In this document: piece after piece, positions 27,601-37,230 of the stretch | Position numbering within the stretch: position 1 is the first letter of the stretch | Layout: each line of letters begins with the position of its first letter | From: an uncultured Desulfatibacillum sp. | GTDB taxonomy: Bacteria > Desulfobacterota > Desulfobacteria > Desulfobacterales > SpSt-501 | Assembly: GCA_964596545.1 (NCBI GenBank) | Contig: CAZQUP010000008.1 | Coordinates: forward strand, 9,331 to 63,168 | Length of the DNA stretch: 53,838 nucleotides | Direction: 5' to 3' | Program-made: the position numbers and the translations under genes | Notes under the pieces: model-generated | Database searches by the model: none | What the model was told of the DNA's origin: nothing | The model's input: the letters and a program-made list of their open reading frames with translations, nothing else

Positions 27601-28368
27601 CTAAACCATCAGCGAGCCGCCGTTGGCGTCGATGCAGGCTCCGGTGATGTTGGCCGCGGCATCGCTCAGCAGAAAGCCGATGACCCAGGCCTGCTCCTCG
27701 GGATCCGCCCAGCGGCCGCGCGGAATGGAAGCCGCCACGCGCTCGATTTCCTCGGGCGTCGTGGTGGAGAGCGTCATCGGGGTAAGGGTCGCCCCGGGAC
27801 AAAAGGCGTTGACGCGGATCCCCCGCCGCCCGTACTCGCGGGCGAGATGTCGGGACAAGCCGACCAGGCCGTGTTTGGCGGCCGTGTAGTGCGCCCCACC
27901 GAGGATGCTGCAGCTGCGGCCGGCGAGCGAGGCGACGTTCACGATCGCCCCCTTTCCCCGCCCCACCAGATGCGGGATCACCTCGCGGCAGAAGAGAAAG
28001 CAGCCCCGCAGGTTGACCGCCAGGACGAGATCCCACTCCGCGCTCTCGATCCCCTCGAAGGCCGTGCGGCGCAGGATGCCGTGCCCGTTCACGAGGAAGT
28101 CGAGCGCGCCGAAGGCGGAAAGGGCGACCGCGACCGCGGCGCGGACCTCGGTTTCTCGGGCGGCATCGGTGCGGGCGGCCGCGACGCGTCGCTCCGGGAA
28201 CGTCCGCCGGATTTCGGATACGGTCTCCTCCAAGCGCCCCACGTCCAGATCCACAAGCAGGAGATCGGCCCCCATCGCGGCGATGTGCCGGGCGGCCGCG
28301 CGGCCGATGCCGCTTGCCGCCCCGGTGACGATCCCGGATTGCCCCTCGAGCGATATCTTCCAGACCAT
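27601..28368 (-). CDS. SDR family NAD(P)-dependent oxidoreductase
   Basis: TGAASGIG, NVAS, YTAAK; Asp after beta-2 (VDLD) suggests NAD. Confidence 0.92.
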   Translation of the reverse strand: MVWKISLEGQSGIVTGAASGIGRAAARHIAAMGADLLLVDLDVGRLEETVSEIRRTFPERRVAAARTDAARETEVRAAVAVALSAFGALDFLVNGHGILRRTAFEGIESAEWDLVLAVNLRGCFLFCREVIPHLVGRGKGAIVNVASLAGRSCSILGGAHYTAAKHGLVGLSRHLAREYGRRGIRVNAFCPGATLTPMTLSTTTPEEIERVAASIPRGRWADPEEQAWVIGFLLSDAAANITGACIDANGGSLMV

Positions 28369-28399
28369 GGGCCTCCCCTTCGGTCCGACGTTCTCCCTC

Positions 28400-29725
28400 T
28401 CAGCCGCCGAGCGTCACCCGGGGCAGCCAGAGGACGATCTCGGGGAAGATCATGCAGATCGCCAGCCCCGCAAGCTGCAGGACGACAAAGGGGACGACCC
28501 CCTTATAGATGTCGGTCGTCTTGATCTCGGGCGGCGAGGCCCCCTTTACGAAGAAAATGGCGTAAGCGAAGGGCGGGGTCAGAAACGACATCTGCAGATT
28601 CACGCAGACCAGGATCGCAAACCAGAGGGGATCGAACTGCAGGGCCGAGGAGATCGGCAGAAAGATCGGAACGACGATGTAGAGCAGGCCCTGCCAGGAG
28701 ATGAAAAACCCCCCGATGAAGAGCGTGAACATCATCACGCCGAGGATGAACCAGCGCCCGAAGGGAAGCCCGAGGAGCATGCTTTTGACGAGTTCGCCCC
28801 CGCCCAGGAAGAGAAAGACGGAGTTGAAGACGCCGGCGCCGATGATGATGAAGAAAACCATCGCGGTCACCAAAAGCGTCGTCTGCGCGGCCGCGCGGAG
28901 CGCAGCCAAGGTGAGCTTGCGGTAGCAGGCGGCGAGCACCAGGGCACAAAAGGCCCCCACCCCCGAGGCCTCGGTCGGGGAGGCGATCCCCTCGATGATC
29001 GAGCCCAGCACGGCCACGATCAAAAGCACCGTCGGGGCCATCTGCCAGATGGCCCGGAGCCAGAAGCGCCGGTCGCGCCGGGGCATCTCCTCGCGCGCGA
29101 TGGCCGGGGCGAGCTTCGGGTTCAGCCAGGCGCCGAGGCCGATGTAGAGGAGGTAAAGCCCGGAGAGGAGCAGGCCGGGGAAGAGGGCCGCGGCGAAGAG
29201 CTTGGCGACCGAGAGGTTCGCCATGGGTCCGTACATGACGAGCATGACGCTCGGCGGAATCAGGATCCCCAGGCTGCCGCCGGCGCAGACGACGCCGGTG
29301 GCGAGCCCTTTGTTGTAACGGCGCTTGAGCATCGCCGGCACCGCGAGCAGGGTCATCGTGGTCACGGTCGCCGCGATCACCCCCGTGCAGGCGGCGAAGA
29401 CCGTGCAGGTGAGGATGGTCGCGAAGGCAAGCCCCCCGCGCACCGGGCCGAAGAGCTCGTAGAGCGTCTGGTAGACGTTCTCGGCGACCTCGGTCTTCTC
29501 GAGGACCGTTCCCATGAAGACGAACAGGGGCACGGCGATCAGCTCTTCGCTTTCCATGGTGCCGAAAAAGGAGAGCATCGACATCTGGAAGATCATCGGC
29601 CCCATGTAGGCGAGTCCGAAGACGACGGCGAGCAGCAGAAGCGCGAAGGCGAGGTGCACCCCCCCGATCACGAAGACCAGGAGCAACCCCATCATGATCA
29701 CGGCCGCGGCCTGGTCGGGGATCAT
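28400..29725 (-). CDS. dctM: TRAP transporter large permease
   Basis: LIAVPLFVFMG, GSLGILIPPS, NLQMSFLTPPF. Confidence 0.92.
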   Translation of the reverse strand: MIPDQAAAVIMMGLLLVFVIGGVHLAFALLLLAVVFGLAYMGPMIFQMSMLSFFGTMESEELIAVPLFVFMGTVLEKTEVAENVYQTLYELFGPVRGGLAFATILTCTVFAACTGVIAATVTTMTLLAVPAMLKRRYNKGLATGVVCAGGSLGILIPPSVMLVMYGPMANLSVAKLFAAALFPGLLLSGLYLLYIGLGAWLNPKLAPAIAREEMPRRDRRFWLRAIWQMAPTVLLIVAVLGSIIEGIASPTEASGVGAFCALVLAACYRKLTLAALRAAAQTTLLVTAMVFFIIIGAGVFNSVFLFLGGGELVKSMLLGLPFGRWFILGVMMFTLFIGGFFISWQGLLYIVVPIFLPISSALQFDPLWFAILVCVNLQMSFLTPPFAYAIFFVKGASPPEIKTTDIYKGVVPFVVLQLAGLAICMIFPEIVLWLPRVTLGG

Positions 29726-30225
29726 GCGGACCTCCCCGCGCGCAAGGTCCGGATGCAGCGCGCGATCTCGGAGACGGCCTGGAGGCCGAGCAGGAAAAAC
29801 CCGAGGGGGATGAGGCTCTTCGGGGGCCCGGCGGGGAAAAACCAGTTCGTCGTGGAGAGCTTTTCGTTCGCGGCGAAGGCCTCGGCCGCAAAGCGATAAC
29901 CCGCCCAGGTGAAGAGGACCGCCGGCACGAGGAAAAAGAACGTGTAGATGATCAGGTCGTAGACCGTCTTCGCCCGTTCGGAGAGGAGGTTGTAGACGAT
30001 GTCGATGCGGATGTGGTTTTTCTGCAGCAGCGTGTAAGCCCCGCCGATCAGAAACTGGGCCGAGAAGAGCATCCAGCTCGTGTCGTAACCCCAGCCCGTG
30101 GGCGCGTTGAAGACGTGGCGCGCCGTCACCTCGTGAACGACGACGAAGAGCAAGGGGATCACGAGCCAGGCGGCGAGGTTGCCCGTGAGGCGGCTTAGGC
30201 CGTCGATGATCTTGAACAGGAGCAT
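29722..30225 (-). CDS. dctQ: TRAP transporter small permease
   Basis: EVTARHVFNAPT.W, HIRIDI; four TM segments. Confidence 0.9.
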   Translation of the reverse strand: MLLFKIIDGLSRLTGNLAAWLVIPLLFVVVHEVTARHVFNAPTGWGYDTSWMLFSAQFLIGGAYTLLQKNHIRIDIVYNLLSERAKTVYDLIIYTFFFLVPAVLFTWAGYRFAAEAFAANEKLSTTNWFFPAGPPKSLIPLGFFLLGLQAVSEIARCIRTLRAGRSA

Positions 30226-30243
30226 CTCTTGCGGTCTCCGCGG

Positions 30244-30283
30244 CGGCCGCCGGGAAAGCCTGGGCTTGCTTCCCCGGCGGCCG
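30244..30283. terminator. GC-rich hairpin between dctP and dctQ (attenuator or mRNA-stabilising stem)
   Basis: CGGCCGCCGGG (30244-30254) pairs with CCCGGCGGCCG (30273-30283). Confidence 0.5.
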
Positions 30284-30310
30284 GGTTTCCGGAGGGGACT
30301 TCGCCCGCCG

Positions 30311-31357
30311 TCAATCGAACTTGGTGAAGTCGTAGTAAGGCCGGAACTCCTGGATGAACTTCTTCTGCGACTCCCAGACCTTCTTGAAGAAGGGGTCCTT
30401 GGCCGATTTCTCGTCGAGGATCTGCATCGTGATCTCGCGCGTCTTGGCCTGATCCTCTTTCGAGAGCTTGGTCGTGATCGTGCCGTAGGCCTCGAGCTTT
30501 TTGTTGGCGGCGATCGTGTCCTGCCAGAAATCGGCGTAGCCCTGGATCGTGGCCGCCAGGGCCGCCTTCTCGACGATCCCCTGGAGGTCGGCGGGAAGCT
30601 CCTTCCAGGATTTCGTCTTGATGATGAGCTGGAAGATGTTGTTCGACATGTGCACCGGCGGCCCGAAGCGGTACTTGCAGACCTCGTGCAGGCCGAGGCT
30701 CATGTCGTAGGAGGGCTCGAGCATTTCGGCGGCGTCGATCAGCCCGCGCTGCAGACCGGGGACGACCTCACCGCCCGCGAGCAGGACGACGGAGGCCCCG
30801 AGCTTTTCCCAGAGATCCATGCTCAGACCGGCGGCGCGGATTTTGAGGCCCTTGATGTCGGCAAGGGTCTTGACCGGCTTTTTGGTCCACACCTGCTCGG
30901 GGGGGGTGAGGCCCAAGGGGAAGACGATCAGCTCCTCGCCGTACATCTCCTGGGCGAGTTGCTTGCCTCCCGCGCCGTACATCCAGACGATCAGGTCGTT
31001 CATCTCGAGAACCCCGCCCGGCAACGTGTAGAAGAGGTCGCCCGCCGGGTATTTGCCTTTCTGCCAGGCCGGGGTATTCAGCCCGAAGTCGAGCATGCCG
31101 TCGCGCACGGCGTCGTAAATTTTGGTCGGCGGGACGATCTCGCCCGCATCGTGCAGGGTGAGCTGCAGCCTGCCCCCGCTCATTTCCTCGGCATACTTTT
31201 TCCAGAGAACGATCGTGTGCTTGCCAAGCGGCGAGGCGATCCCGAAGCAGGACTCCCCTTTCCACTTGACGACCTTGTCCGCCGCCTGCAACGACCCCGC
31301 CGCCAAGGCGAGCGAAAGCAGGCACACCCACCCGATGATGAGAACCCGTTTCTTCAT
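30311..31357 (-). CDS. dctP: TRAP substrate-binding protein (TakP-like, 2-oxo/monocarboxylate clade)
   Basis: Signal peptide; MSGGRL..AGEIVP..DAVRDG, KGLKIR, LQRGLIDAAE; AAAGGAGG RBS before 31357. Confidence 0.88.
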   Translation of the reverse strand: MKKRVLIIGWVCLLSLALAAGSLQAADKVVKWKGESCFGIASPLGKHTIVLWKKYAEEMSGGRLQLTLHDAGEIVPPTKIYDAVRDGMLDFGLNTPAWQKGKYPAGDLFYTLPGGVLEMNDLIVWMYGAGGKQLAQEMYGEELIVFPLGLTPPEQVWTKKPVKTLADIKGLKIRAAGLSMDLWEKLGASVVLLAGGEVVPGLQRGLIDAAEMLEPSYDMSLGLHEVCKYRFGPPVHMSNNIFQLIIKTKSWKELPADLQGIVEKAALAATIQGYADFWQDTIAANKKLEAYGTITTKLSKEDQAKTREITMQILDEKSAKDPFFKKVWESQKKFIQEFRPYYDFTKFD

Positions 31358-31392
31358 GCTTCCTCCTTTCCGTTGGGACGCACGGCGGTGCA

Positions 31393-32502
31393 TCACCGCC
31401 GGCTCCCGCGTTGCGCCGTGGGGGTTTCCGCCTCGAAGACGACCGCAGCCTTGATGAAGCCTGCGGGCGGATGCTCGGTGGCGGCAAGCGCCTTGTCGAG
31501 ATCGTCCAGCCGAAAGATCGTGTTGTTGATCTTCTCGAAAGAGAAGCGCCGGGAGTCGATCAGGCGCACGGCGTCGGCGACGTTTCCGGCCTGCCCCTTG
31601 CCGCAGACGACCCTCACATCCCTCCAGACGAGGTCGTCGAAGGCGACCGGCGTCTCGCGGCCGCCCGAGAGCCCGATGCACACCACCCGGCCCGAGGGGC
31701 GGACCAGCGCCAAGGCCGTGCGAATGGCTGCGGGCGCCCCCGAGGTCTCGATCACCACATCGGGCGGCCCCCTCAAAAGATCGGGCACGGCCTCGAGCGG
31801 GTCCGTGCGGTCGACGGCGACGATGTGCTCGGCGCCGAACTCGCGGGCGAGGGCGAAGCGGCTTTCGTCCGCGGAGAGTCCGAGAAGCACGATCGGCCCG
31901 ACCCCGCAGGCGATCGCCGCCGCAAGCGTGCACAGCCCCTGCGCGCCAGCCCCGCTGATCACGAGCCGGGTTCCGAACCCGGCCTCCCCCAAGGTCTTCA
32001 CCCAGCGAAAGCCGTTGCCCACGACCGAGGAGAGACAGGCCGCGAGATCCGGGGGCTGCGGGGCGACCCGGTGGAGGAGGCTGCCCTCGACCAAGATCAC
32101 GTATTCCCCGTATCCGCCGCCGAGATGCGGCGGCCGGTCGCAGGGGATCGAGATCCCGTAGAGCCGCACGTCGGGGCAGTTGTGGTAATGATGCTCGGTG
32201 CGGCACCAGGCGCAACGGCCGCAGGGGATGTAGGGCTCGGGGGTCACCCGGTCGCCTTCCTTCCAGCCGTGGCGCGCCGCCGCCTCCCGGCCTGCAATCA
32301 CGACCTCGCCCACGAACTCATGGCCCATGATCAGGGGAAAGCGCGCGCGGCCGACCTGACCGTGGAAGACCTTGACGTCGGTCGCGCAGACCGAGGTCGC
32401 CCGGGTGCGCACCAGGACCTCTCCGGAGGCGGGCTCTCCGACCGGGAAGCTCCGGGACTCCAGGCGACCCGGCGCCGTCACGACCATGGCTTTCGCCTGC
32501 AT
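31393..32502 (-). CDS. Zinc-dependent medium-chain alcohol/polyol dehydrogenase
   Basis: CATD, GHE, CGRCAWC-x7-C structural Zn site, GAGAQG. Start trimmed to MQAKAM. Confidence 0.9.
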   Translation of the reverse strand: MQAKAMVVTAPGRLESRSFPVGEPASGEVLVRTRATSVCATDVKVFHGQVGRARFPLIMGHEFVGEVVIAGREAAARHGWKEGDRVTPEPYIPCGRCAWCRTEHHYHNCPDVRLYGISIPCDRPPHLGGGYGEYVILVEGSLLHRVAPQPPDLAACLSSVVGNGFRWVKTLGEAGFGTRLVISGAGAQGLCTLAAAIACGVGPIVLLGLSADESRFALAREFGAEHIVAVDRTDPLEAVPDLLRGPPDVVIETSGAPAAIRTALALVRPSGRVVCIGLSGGRETPVAFDDLVWRDVRVVCGKGQAGNVADAVRLIDSRRFSFEKINNTIFRLDDLDKALAATEHPPAGFIKAAVVFEAETPTAQRGSRR

Positions 32503-32515
32503 AGGCCGTTTCCTT

Positions 32516-33277
32516 TTAGAGACCCGCCGCGCAAGATCCTCGACACGAAGCCCTTCGCCGCGGAAGTTTTTCCAGGCCGAGACCGGAAACGCGGCCGTCC
32601 TCGAAGCCGAGCAGGATGTGGGAGAGCAGATCGCCCTTGCGTCGCAGCCGCGAGAGCACGAACTGACGGGCGAAGGCGAGGTGCCGCCGCATCCGGATCT
32701 CCGCCCGGCGCGCCTCGCCTCCCTCGATCGCCCGAAAGATATCGACATGCTGGGGATGGGCCTGGTGAAGATGGTCGGTCGTCATGAGGTTCACGTTCTG
32801 GATCATCCAGATCCGGCCGAGGATCGTCCGGCCCATTTCGGCGAGCGGCCGGTTGCGGCTCGCTTCGAAAATCAAGATGTGGAAATCCTGCTCGAGATCG
32901 AGGATGCGCGGCTTATCGCCAAGTTCGATGCATCGTTCGACCTCGGTGAGAAGCCGGGAAAGCCGGCGGTGATCGGGAGGGGATAAGCGCTTGGCCGCCT
33001 GGCGCGCGGCGAGCGCCTCGAGAGCGATCCGGAGGTCGTAGAGATCGGCCACGCCGTCGAGGTCGAGGGCGCTCACGCGGAAGCCCCGCCGGGGTTCACG
33101 CGCGATCAACTGCTCCTTTTCGAGCATGCTGAGCGCTTCGCGCACGGGGGTCGGACTCATCTGGAGCGCCCGGGCGAGATCCCCCACGCGGAGCCGGGCA
33201 CCGGGTTTGAGACGGTGGTGCACCACCCAGTCCTTGAGGTGCGCATAAGCCTGATCGGCGAGCGAAAGCCTGGACAC
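32516..33277 (-). CDS. GntR-family (FCD) transcriptional regulator
   Basis: SLADQAY, MSPTPVREAL, DFH..I..ASRN. Confidence 0.92.
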   Translation of the reverse strand: MSRLSLADQAYAHLKDWVVHHRLKPGARLRVGDLARALQMSPTPVREALSMLEKEQLIAREPRRGFRVSALDLDGVADLYDLRIALEALAARQAAKRLSPPDHRRLSRLLTEVERCIELGDKPRILDLEQDFHILIFEASRNRPLAEMGRTILGRIWMIQNVNLMTTDHLHQAHPQHVDIFRAIEGGEARRAEIRMRRHLAFARQFVLSRLRRKGDLLSHILLGFEDGRVSGLGLEKLPRRRASCRGSCAAGL

Positions 33278-33323
33278 AGGGCGGCTCCCGGAAAAAGGGG
33301 GCGACGCAGAGGAATGCGTGTTG

Positions 33324-33402
33324 CGGATAGCAGGCGGGTTGAGGGGCTGTCAAGAAAAATATGAAATAAAATATTTTTGAATTTTATTCATAAGATGAAT
33401 AA
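33324..33402 (-). promoter_or_regulatory. Putative sigma70-type promoter and palindromic operators upstream of gntR
   Basis: TTGACA (33353-33348), 18 nt, then TATCCG preceded by TGC. Palindromes AAAAATAT-N8-ATATTTTT (33355-33378) and TTATTCAT-AAG-ATGAATAA (33384-33402) lie in an AT-rich patch. Confidence 0.55.
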
Positions 33403-33483
33403 TGTTTTTATCTTTCGAGGGTGTGATCGGGAGCGAATCCCGAAGGGGGAAATGAAGGAAGGGGGGCCGGCGCGAGGGCCGGT

Positions 33484-34551
33484 TCAGGGCATGCGGTAGA
33501 TCATCGAGTTGACGTTCATCCCCGCCCCGACCGAGGCGAAGACGACGATATCCCCGGAGTGCAGGCGATGTCCCTCCAGCCGGCCGCGCAGAATGAGGTC
33601 GAGCAGGGTGGGCAGGGTGGCGACCGAGCTGTTCCCCGTCCAGGAAATGATCATCGGCATGATGCCCTCGGGGACCTCGCGCACGCGGTAGAGGTCGAAG
33701 AGCCTCCGGATGATCGCCGCATCGAGCTTTTCGTTCGCCTGGTGAACGAGGATCTTCTTCACCTCGTGGAGGCCGATTCCCGAGGACTCCAAATTTTGCT
33801 TGACCACGAGGGGAACGGTCTTGACGGCGTACTTGTAGATCTCGTGGCCGTTCATCTTGATGTAGAGCTCGCCGCCGTTTTTCTCCGGGTTGTAGGAGCC
33901 GCCCATGTGCAGGAGATAGGCATGGTCGACAGCGTCGGTGCGCGCCAGATGCGAGATTATCCCCCCCTCCCCGGTTTTCGCCTCGAGCAGCGTCGCCCCC
34001 GCGCCGTCGGAGTAAATCATGCTGTCCACGTCATGCGGATCGGCGATCCGGCCCAGCGTCTCCGTCCCGATGACGAGGATGCGGCGGGCCATGCCGGCAC
34101 GGATGAAGCCGTCGGCGGTGATCATGCCCTGCAGCCATCCGGGGCAGCCGAAGGGCAAGTCGAAGGCGACGGTGTAGGGGTTGCGGATGCCGAGGCGGTG
34201 CTTCACGCGGGAGGCGAGGGTGGGGACGGTATCGCAGCGGAGGTTGCCGTTTTTCACATCCCCGAAGTTGTGGGCGACGATGATGTAATCGAGGCTTTCG
34301 CGATCGAGCCCCTCGAGGGCGGCCTCGGCCGCGGCGGCGGCCATGTCCGAGGCGCAAAGATCCGACGGCGCGTAGCGGCGCTCCTCGATCCCCGTAATCT
34401 CGTGAAGTTTGCGGATGATCTCGGGGTTGCTCTTCTCGAGGCGCCCGCCCCGGGCGTCGAAAAAGGTGTTTTCGAGGAAACGTGCGTTGGGAATCCTCAG
34501 CGGGGGGATGTAGCTGCCTGTCGCGGTGATGGTCGATCGCCCTGCGGCCAT
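33484..34551 (-). CDS. fabH: 3-oxoacyl-ACP synthase III family protein
   Basis: TGSYIP, TGIEERR; catalytic Cys in FGCPGW, His in HQAN, Asn in GNSSVA. Start trimmed to MAAGRS. Confidence 0.88.
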   Translation of the reverse strand: MAAGRSTITATGSYIPPLRIPNARFLENTFFDARGGRLEKSNPEIIRKLHEITGIEERRYAPSDLCASDMAAAAAEAALEGLDRESLDYIIVAHNFGDVKNGNLRCDTVPTLASRVKHRLGIRNPYTVAFDLPFGCPGWLQGMITADGFIRAGMARRILVIGTETLGRIADPHDVDSMIYSDGAGATLLEAKTGEGGIISHLARTDAVDHAYLLHMGGSYNPEKNGGELYIKMNGHEIYKYAVKTVPLVVKQNLESSGIGLHEVKKILVHQANEKLDAAIIRRLFDLYRVREVPEGIMPMIISWTGNSSVATLPTLLDLILRGRLEGHRLHSGDIVVFASVGAGMNVNSMIYRMP

Positions 34552-34778
34552 GATGCTTGCACGCCGCCTCCGGAAATGATGAATCCGGTTAAAATAGCTT
34601 TTTTCGGGAAAGCGATCAAGAAAAAGAAAACCAAGGATAGTTTCCACAGACCGCAGCATGGGAATCAAGCGGGAAATGATGCCGCCTCCCGCCGGCTCTG
34701 GCCATGGCGGCGCCGCCGTGCTACTGAACGCTTTTGCAAACAAGCCGAGCGGTCACTCTGGCGGCGGGCGGCGAAGGC

Positions 34779-35912
34779 ATGAAAATCGAAATTCTGGATG
34801 TGCAGCGGCCGGGGGATCTCGAGGAGTGGATTCGATTTCCCCTGGCGCACTATCGGGGGGATGCCCGCTTCGTCCCGCCGCTGCTGCGTGACGAGCGGGA
34901 GTTCTTTTCGCGCAAGAAAAACCCCGCCTTCCGGATCGCCGAGGTCCGCCTGCTTTTGGCGAAACGGGAAGGCCGGGCGGTCGGCCGCGTCTGCGGGGTC
35001 CTCCACCGCCCGGAGGCCGAAAAGCTGGGATATCGCCGCGGGCGATTCGGCTGGTTCGAAAGCACCGAGGACCCCGCGGTCGCCCGGGCGCTTCTCGCCG
35101 AGCTCGAAGGCTGGTTTCGTAAGAGCGGCTGCCGGGAGATGACCGGGCCGCACGGTTTTTCCGATCTCGACCCCGAGGGACTCCTCGTCGAGGGCTTCGA
35201 GGCCCTGCCGACCATCGCCGGAAGTTACAACAAAATCTATTACCCGCGCCTGCTCGAGGACTTCGGCCTGCAAAAGGAGGCCGACTACCTGGAAACCCGC
35301 TTTCGCCTTCCCCAGGAAACCCCGGCGCTGATCCGGCGGATGGAAGAGCGGGCGCTCCCCGCCGCGCGGGAGGCCGGACTGCAACTTGTCGCGGGATTGA
35401 CGAAAAAGGGCATCCGCCAATGGGCCGGGCAGTTCTGGGAGGTCCTCGAGGAGGCCTTCGCCCCCCTCTACGGGGTCACCCCCCTCAGTGCGGAGCAGCG
35501 GCGCTTCTACGAGCGAAAATATTTTCCCTTTCTCGACCCCCGCTTCGTCCAGCTCGTCGCCGACCGTGAAGGACGTCTTCAGGGCTTCTTCCTGGGCCTG
35601 CCCTCGCTCAGCCGCGCGTTCCAGAAAGCACGAGGGCGCCTGCTGCCCTTCGGCTGGTATGCCATCCTGCGCGCTTTCCGGCGCTTCGACACGGTCGATT
35701 TCTATTTCGCCGGCGTGCGCCCAGGGGTCAATCCACGAAAGGTGCTCCCGCTTCTGGTGCTCGGCATGTGGCGAAACCTGCGCGCGGCCGGCGTCTCTTT
35801 CATCGAAACCAACCGCGAGCTCGAAACCAACACGATGATCGTGGGCATCTGGTCGCGCTTCGAAGTGATCAACCGCCGCCGCACCCGAATCTATCGCAAG
35901 AATCTCTGCTGA
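34779..35912 (+). CDS. GNAT-fold protein, YghO/bacterial ceramide synthase-like family
   Basis: FVPPL..KNPAF, AVGRV, RFGWFE, GPHGFSDLDPEGLLVEGFE, YN..YY, ELETN. Confidence 0.7.
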   Translation: MKIEILDVQRPGDLEEWIRFPLAHYRGDARFVPPLLRDEREFFSRKKNPAFRIAEVRLLLAKREGRAVGRVCGVLHRPEAEKLGYRRGRFGWFESTEDPAVARALLAELEGWFRKSGCREMTGPHGFSDLDPEGLLVEGFEALPTIAGSYNKIYYPRLLEDFGLQKEADYLETRFRLPQETPALIRRMEERALPAAREAGLQLVAGLTKKGIRQWAGQFWEVLEEAFAPLYGVTPLSAEQRRFYERKYFPFLDPRFVQLVADREGRLQGFFLGLPSLSRAFQKARGRLLPFGWYAILRAFRRFDTVDFYFAGVRPGVNPRKVLPLLVLGMWRNLRAAGVSFIETNRELETNTMIVGIWSRFEVINRRRTRIYRKNLC

Positions 35913-36213
35913 ACTTCGGCCTGGCGGTCGTGCCATCCGTCTTCCCTCTGTTTCCATTCGGCAGCAAATGTCCAGGAAAAGAAGACAGTCACCTGCCGCC
36001 GCGGCTTCACCGCAATCGGATGGAGGCTCTTTGTATTTAATGGAATATCCGCGGGTTGATTGTGAAGTCCGCCTGCCCGGGTCAGGATGGCATGTTTCTT
36101 GATAGACTGCTTTCGGGTCCCTGCGGAGGAAGTGTCGGTGCTCCGCGGCAGGCCCGCAGCCTGCCGAAGCGGTGGGAGGAAGGCGGAAAATTGGAGGAAA
36201 GGAGCGAAAAAAG

Positions 36214-37011
36214 ATGATCGACTTGGGCGCTTGGGGCAGCATCGAGTTTTCGTGGAGCTTTCTGCTCGCCATCGGCAGCATTGTGCTGATCGATCTGGTC
36301 CTCGCCGGCGACAACGCGGTCGTCATCGCCATGGCCGTGAAGCATCTTGAAGGCCGCAAGCGCACTTTGGCGATCGCCTGCGGCGCCGGCGCGGCGGTTC
36401 TGGTACGCGTGTCCTGCACCTTTGCGGTCGCACGTCTCCTCGCGCTGCCCTGGATCAAGCTGATCGGCGGCGCGGTAATCGTCTGGATCGCCATCAAGCT
36501 GCTCACTTCCGGCTCCGAAGAGCACGACGTGAAGGAGGGCCATGGCCTCTTGCAGGCCCTGTGGATCATCGTCGTCGCCGACCTCAGCATGGGCATCGAC
36601 AACATGCTCGCCGTCGGGGCGGCAAGTCATGGGAACCTCTTTCTTTTGCTTTTCGGGCTCGTGCTCTCCATTCCCTTCGTGGTCTTCATGAGCACCCTGC
36701 TTGCCCGCCTCATGGACCGCTTTCCGATCATCCTCTGGCTGGGAGCGGCGATCCTCGGCAAGGTGGGCGGCGAAATGATGGCGACCGACCCCTTCGTCCA
36801 GACGCGCCTGCATCTTCCCCATGGGGTCGAGTACGGCGCTATGGTTTTCTTCATCTTGTTTGTTCTTCTTGCGAGCCGCTGGATTCTGCTCAACCGCAAG
36901 CAGGGCATTGCGGCGTATTCGCAGTGGGCTTGGGGGCCGGTCCCCTTGTGGCCCTCCCCTCTCCCTTACATCCGTAATTCCCTGGGGCCGACCACCTACC
37001 CTTATTGCTGA
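36214..37011 (+). CDS. TerC/YjbE family membrane protein
   Basis: IDLVLAGDNAVVIAMA and ADLSMGIDNMLAV motifs. Confidence 0.9.
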   Translation: MIDLGAWGSIEFSWSFLLAIGSIVLIDLVLAGDNAVVIAMAVKHLEGRKRTLAIACGAGAAVLVRVSCTFAVARLLALPWIKLIGGAVIVWIAIKLLTSGSEEHDVKEGHGLLQALWIIVVADLSMGIDNMLAVGAASHGNLFLLLFGLVLSIPFVVFMSTLLARLMDRFPIILWLGAAILGKVGGEMMATDPFVQTRLHLPHGVEYGAMVFFILFVLLASRWILLNRKQGIAAYSQWAWGPVPLWPSPLPYIRNSLGPTTYPYC

Positions 37012-37230
37012 ACGCGTACGGCTTTTTCCGTGCTCCTCTTGAACCCCCCGCGGGTCGATGGTAGAGGGACACTTGCCGTCAGTGTGGGCATCAGGGATCG
37101 TAAGCGCCTTTCGCAGGGAGATGACCGCCGGCGACTCGATGCGCACGGGTCCGGCCGTCAAACCGGCGAGAGGCCTTCTCGTTTCAAGCCCCCCGAGGCC
37201 CAAGGTTGTCTTTCCGAGGAGGATCGCCCC

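Noticed and set aside
35913-37230. Riboswitches (yybP-ykoY, fluoride, Na+/Li+) in the leaders of terC or the SLC13-like permease
   Set aside because: I could not find the conserved cores by eye. An Rfam covariance-model scan would be decisive.
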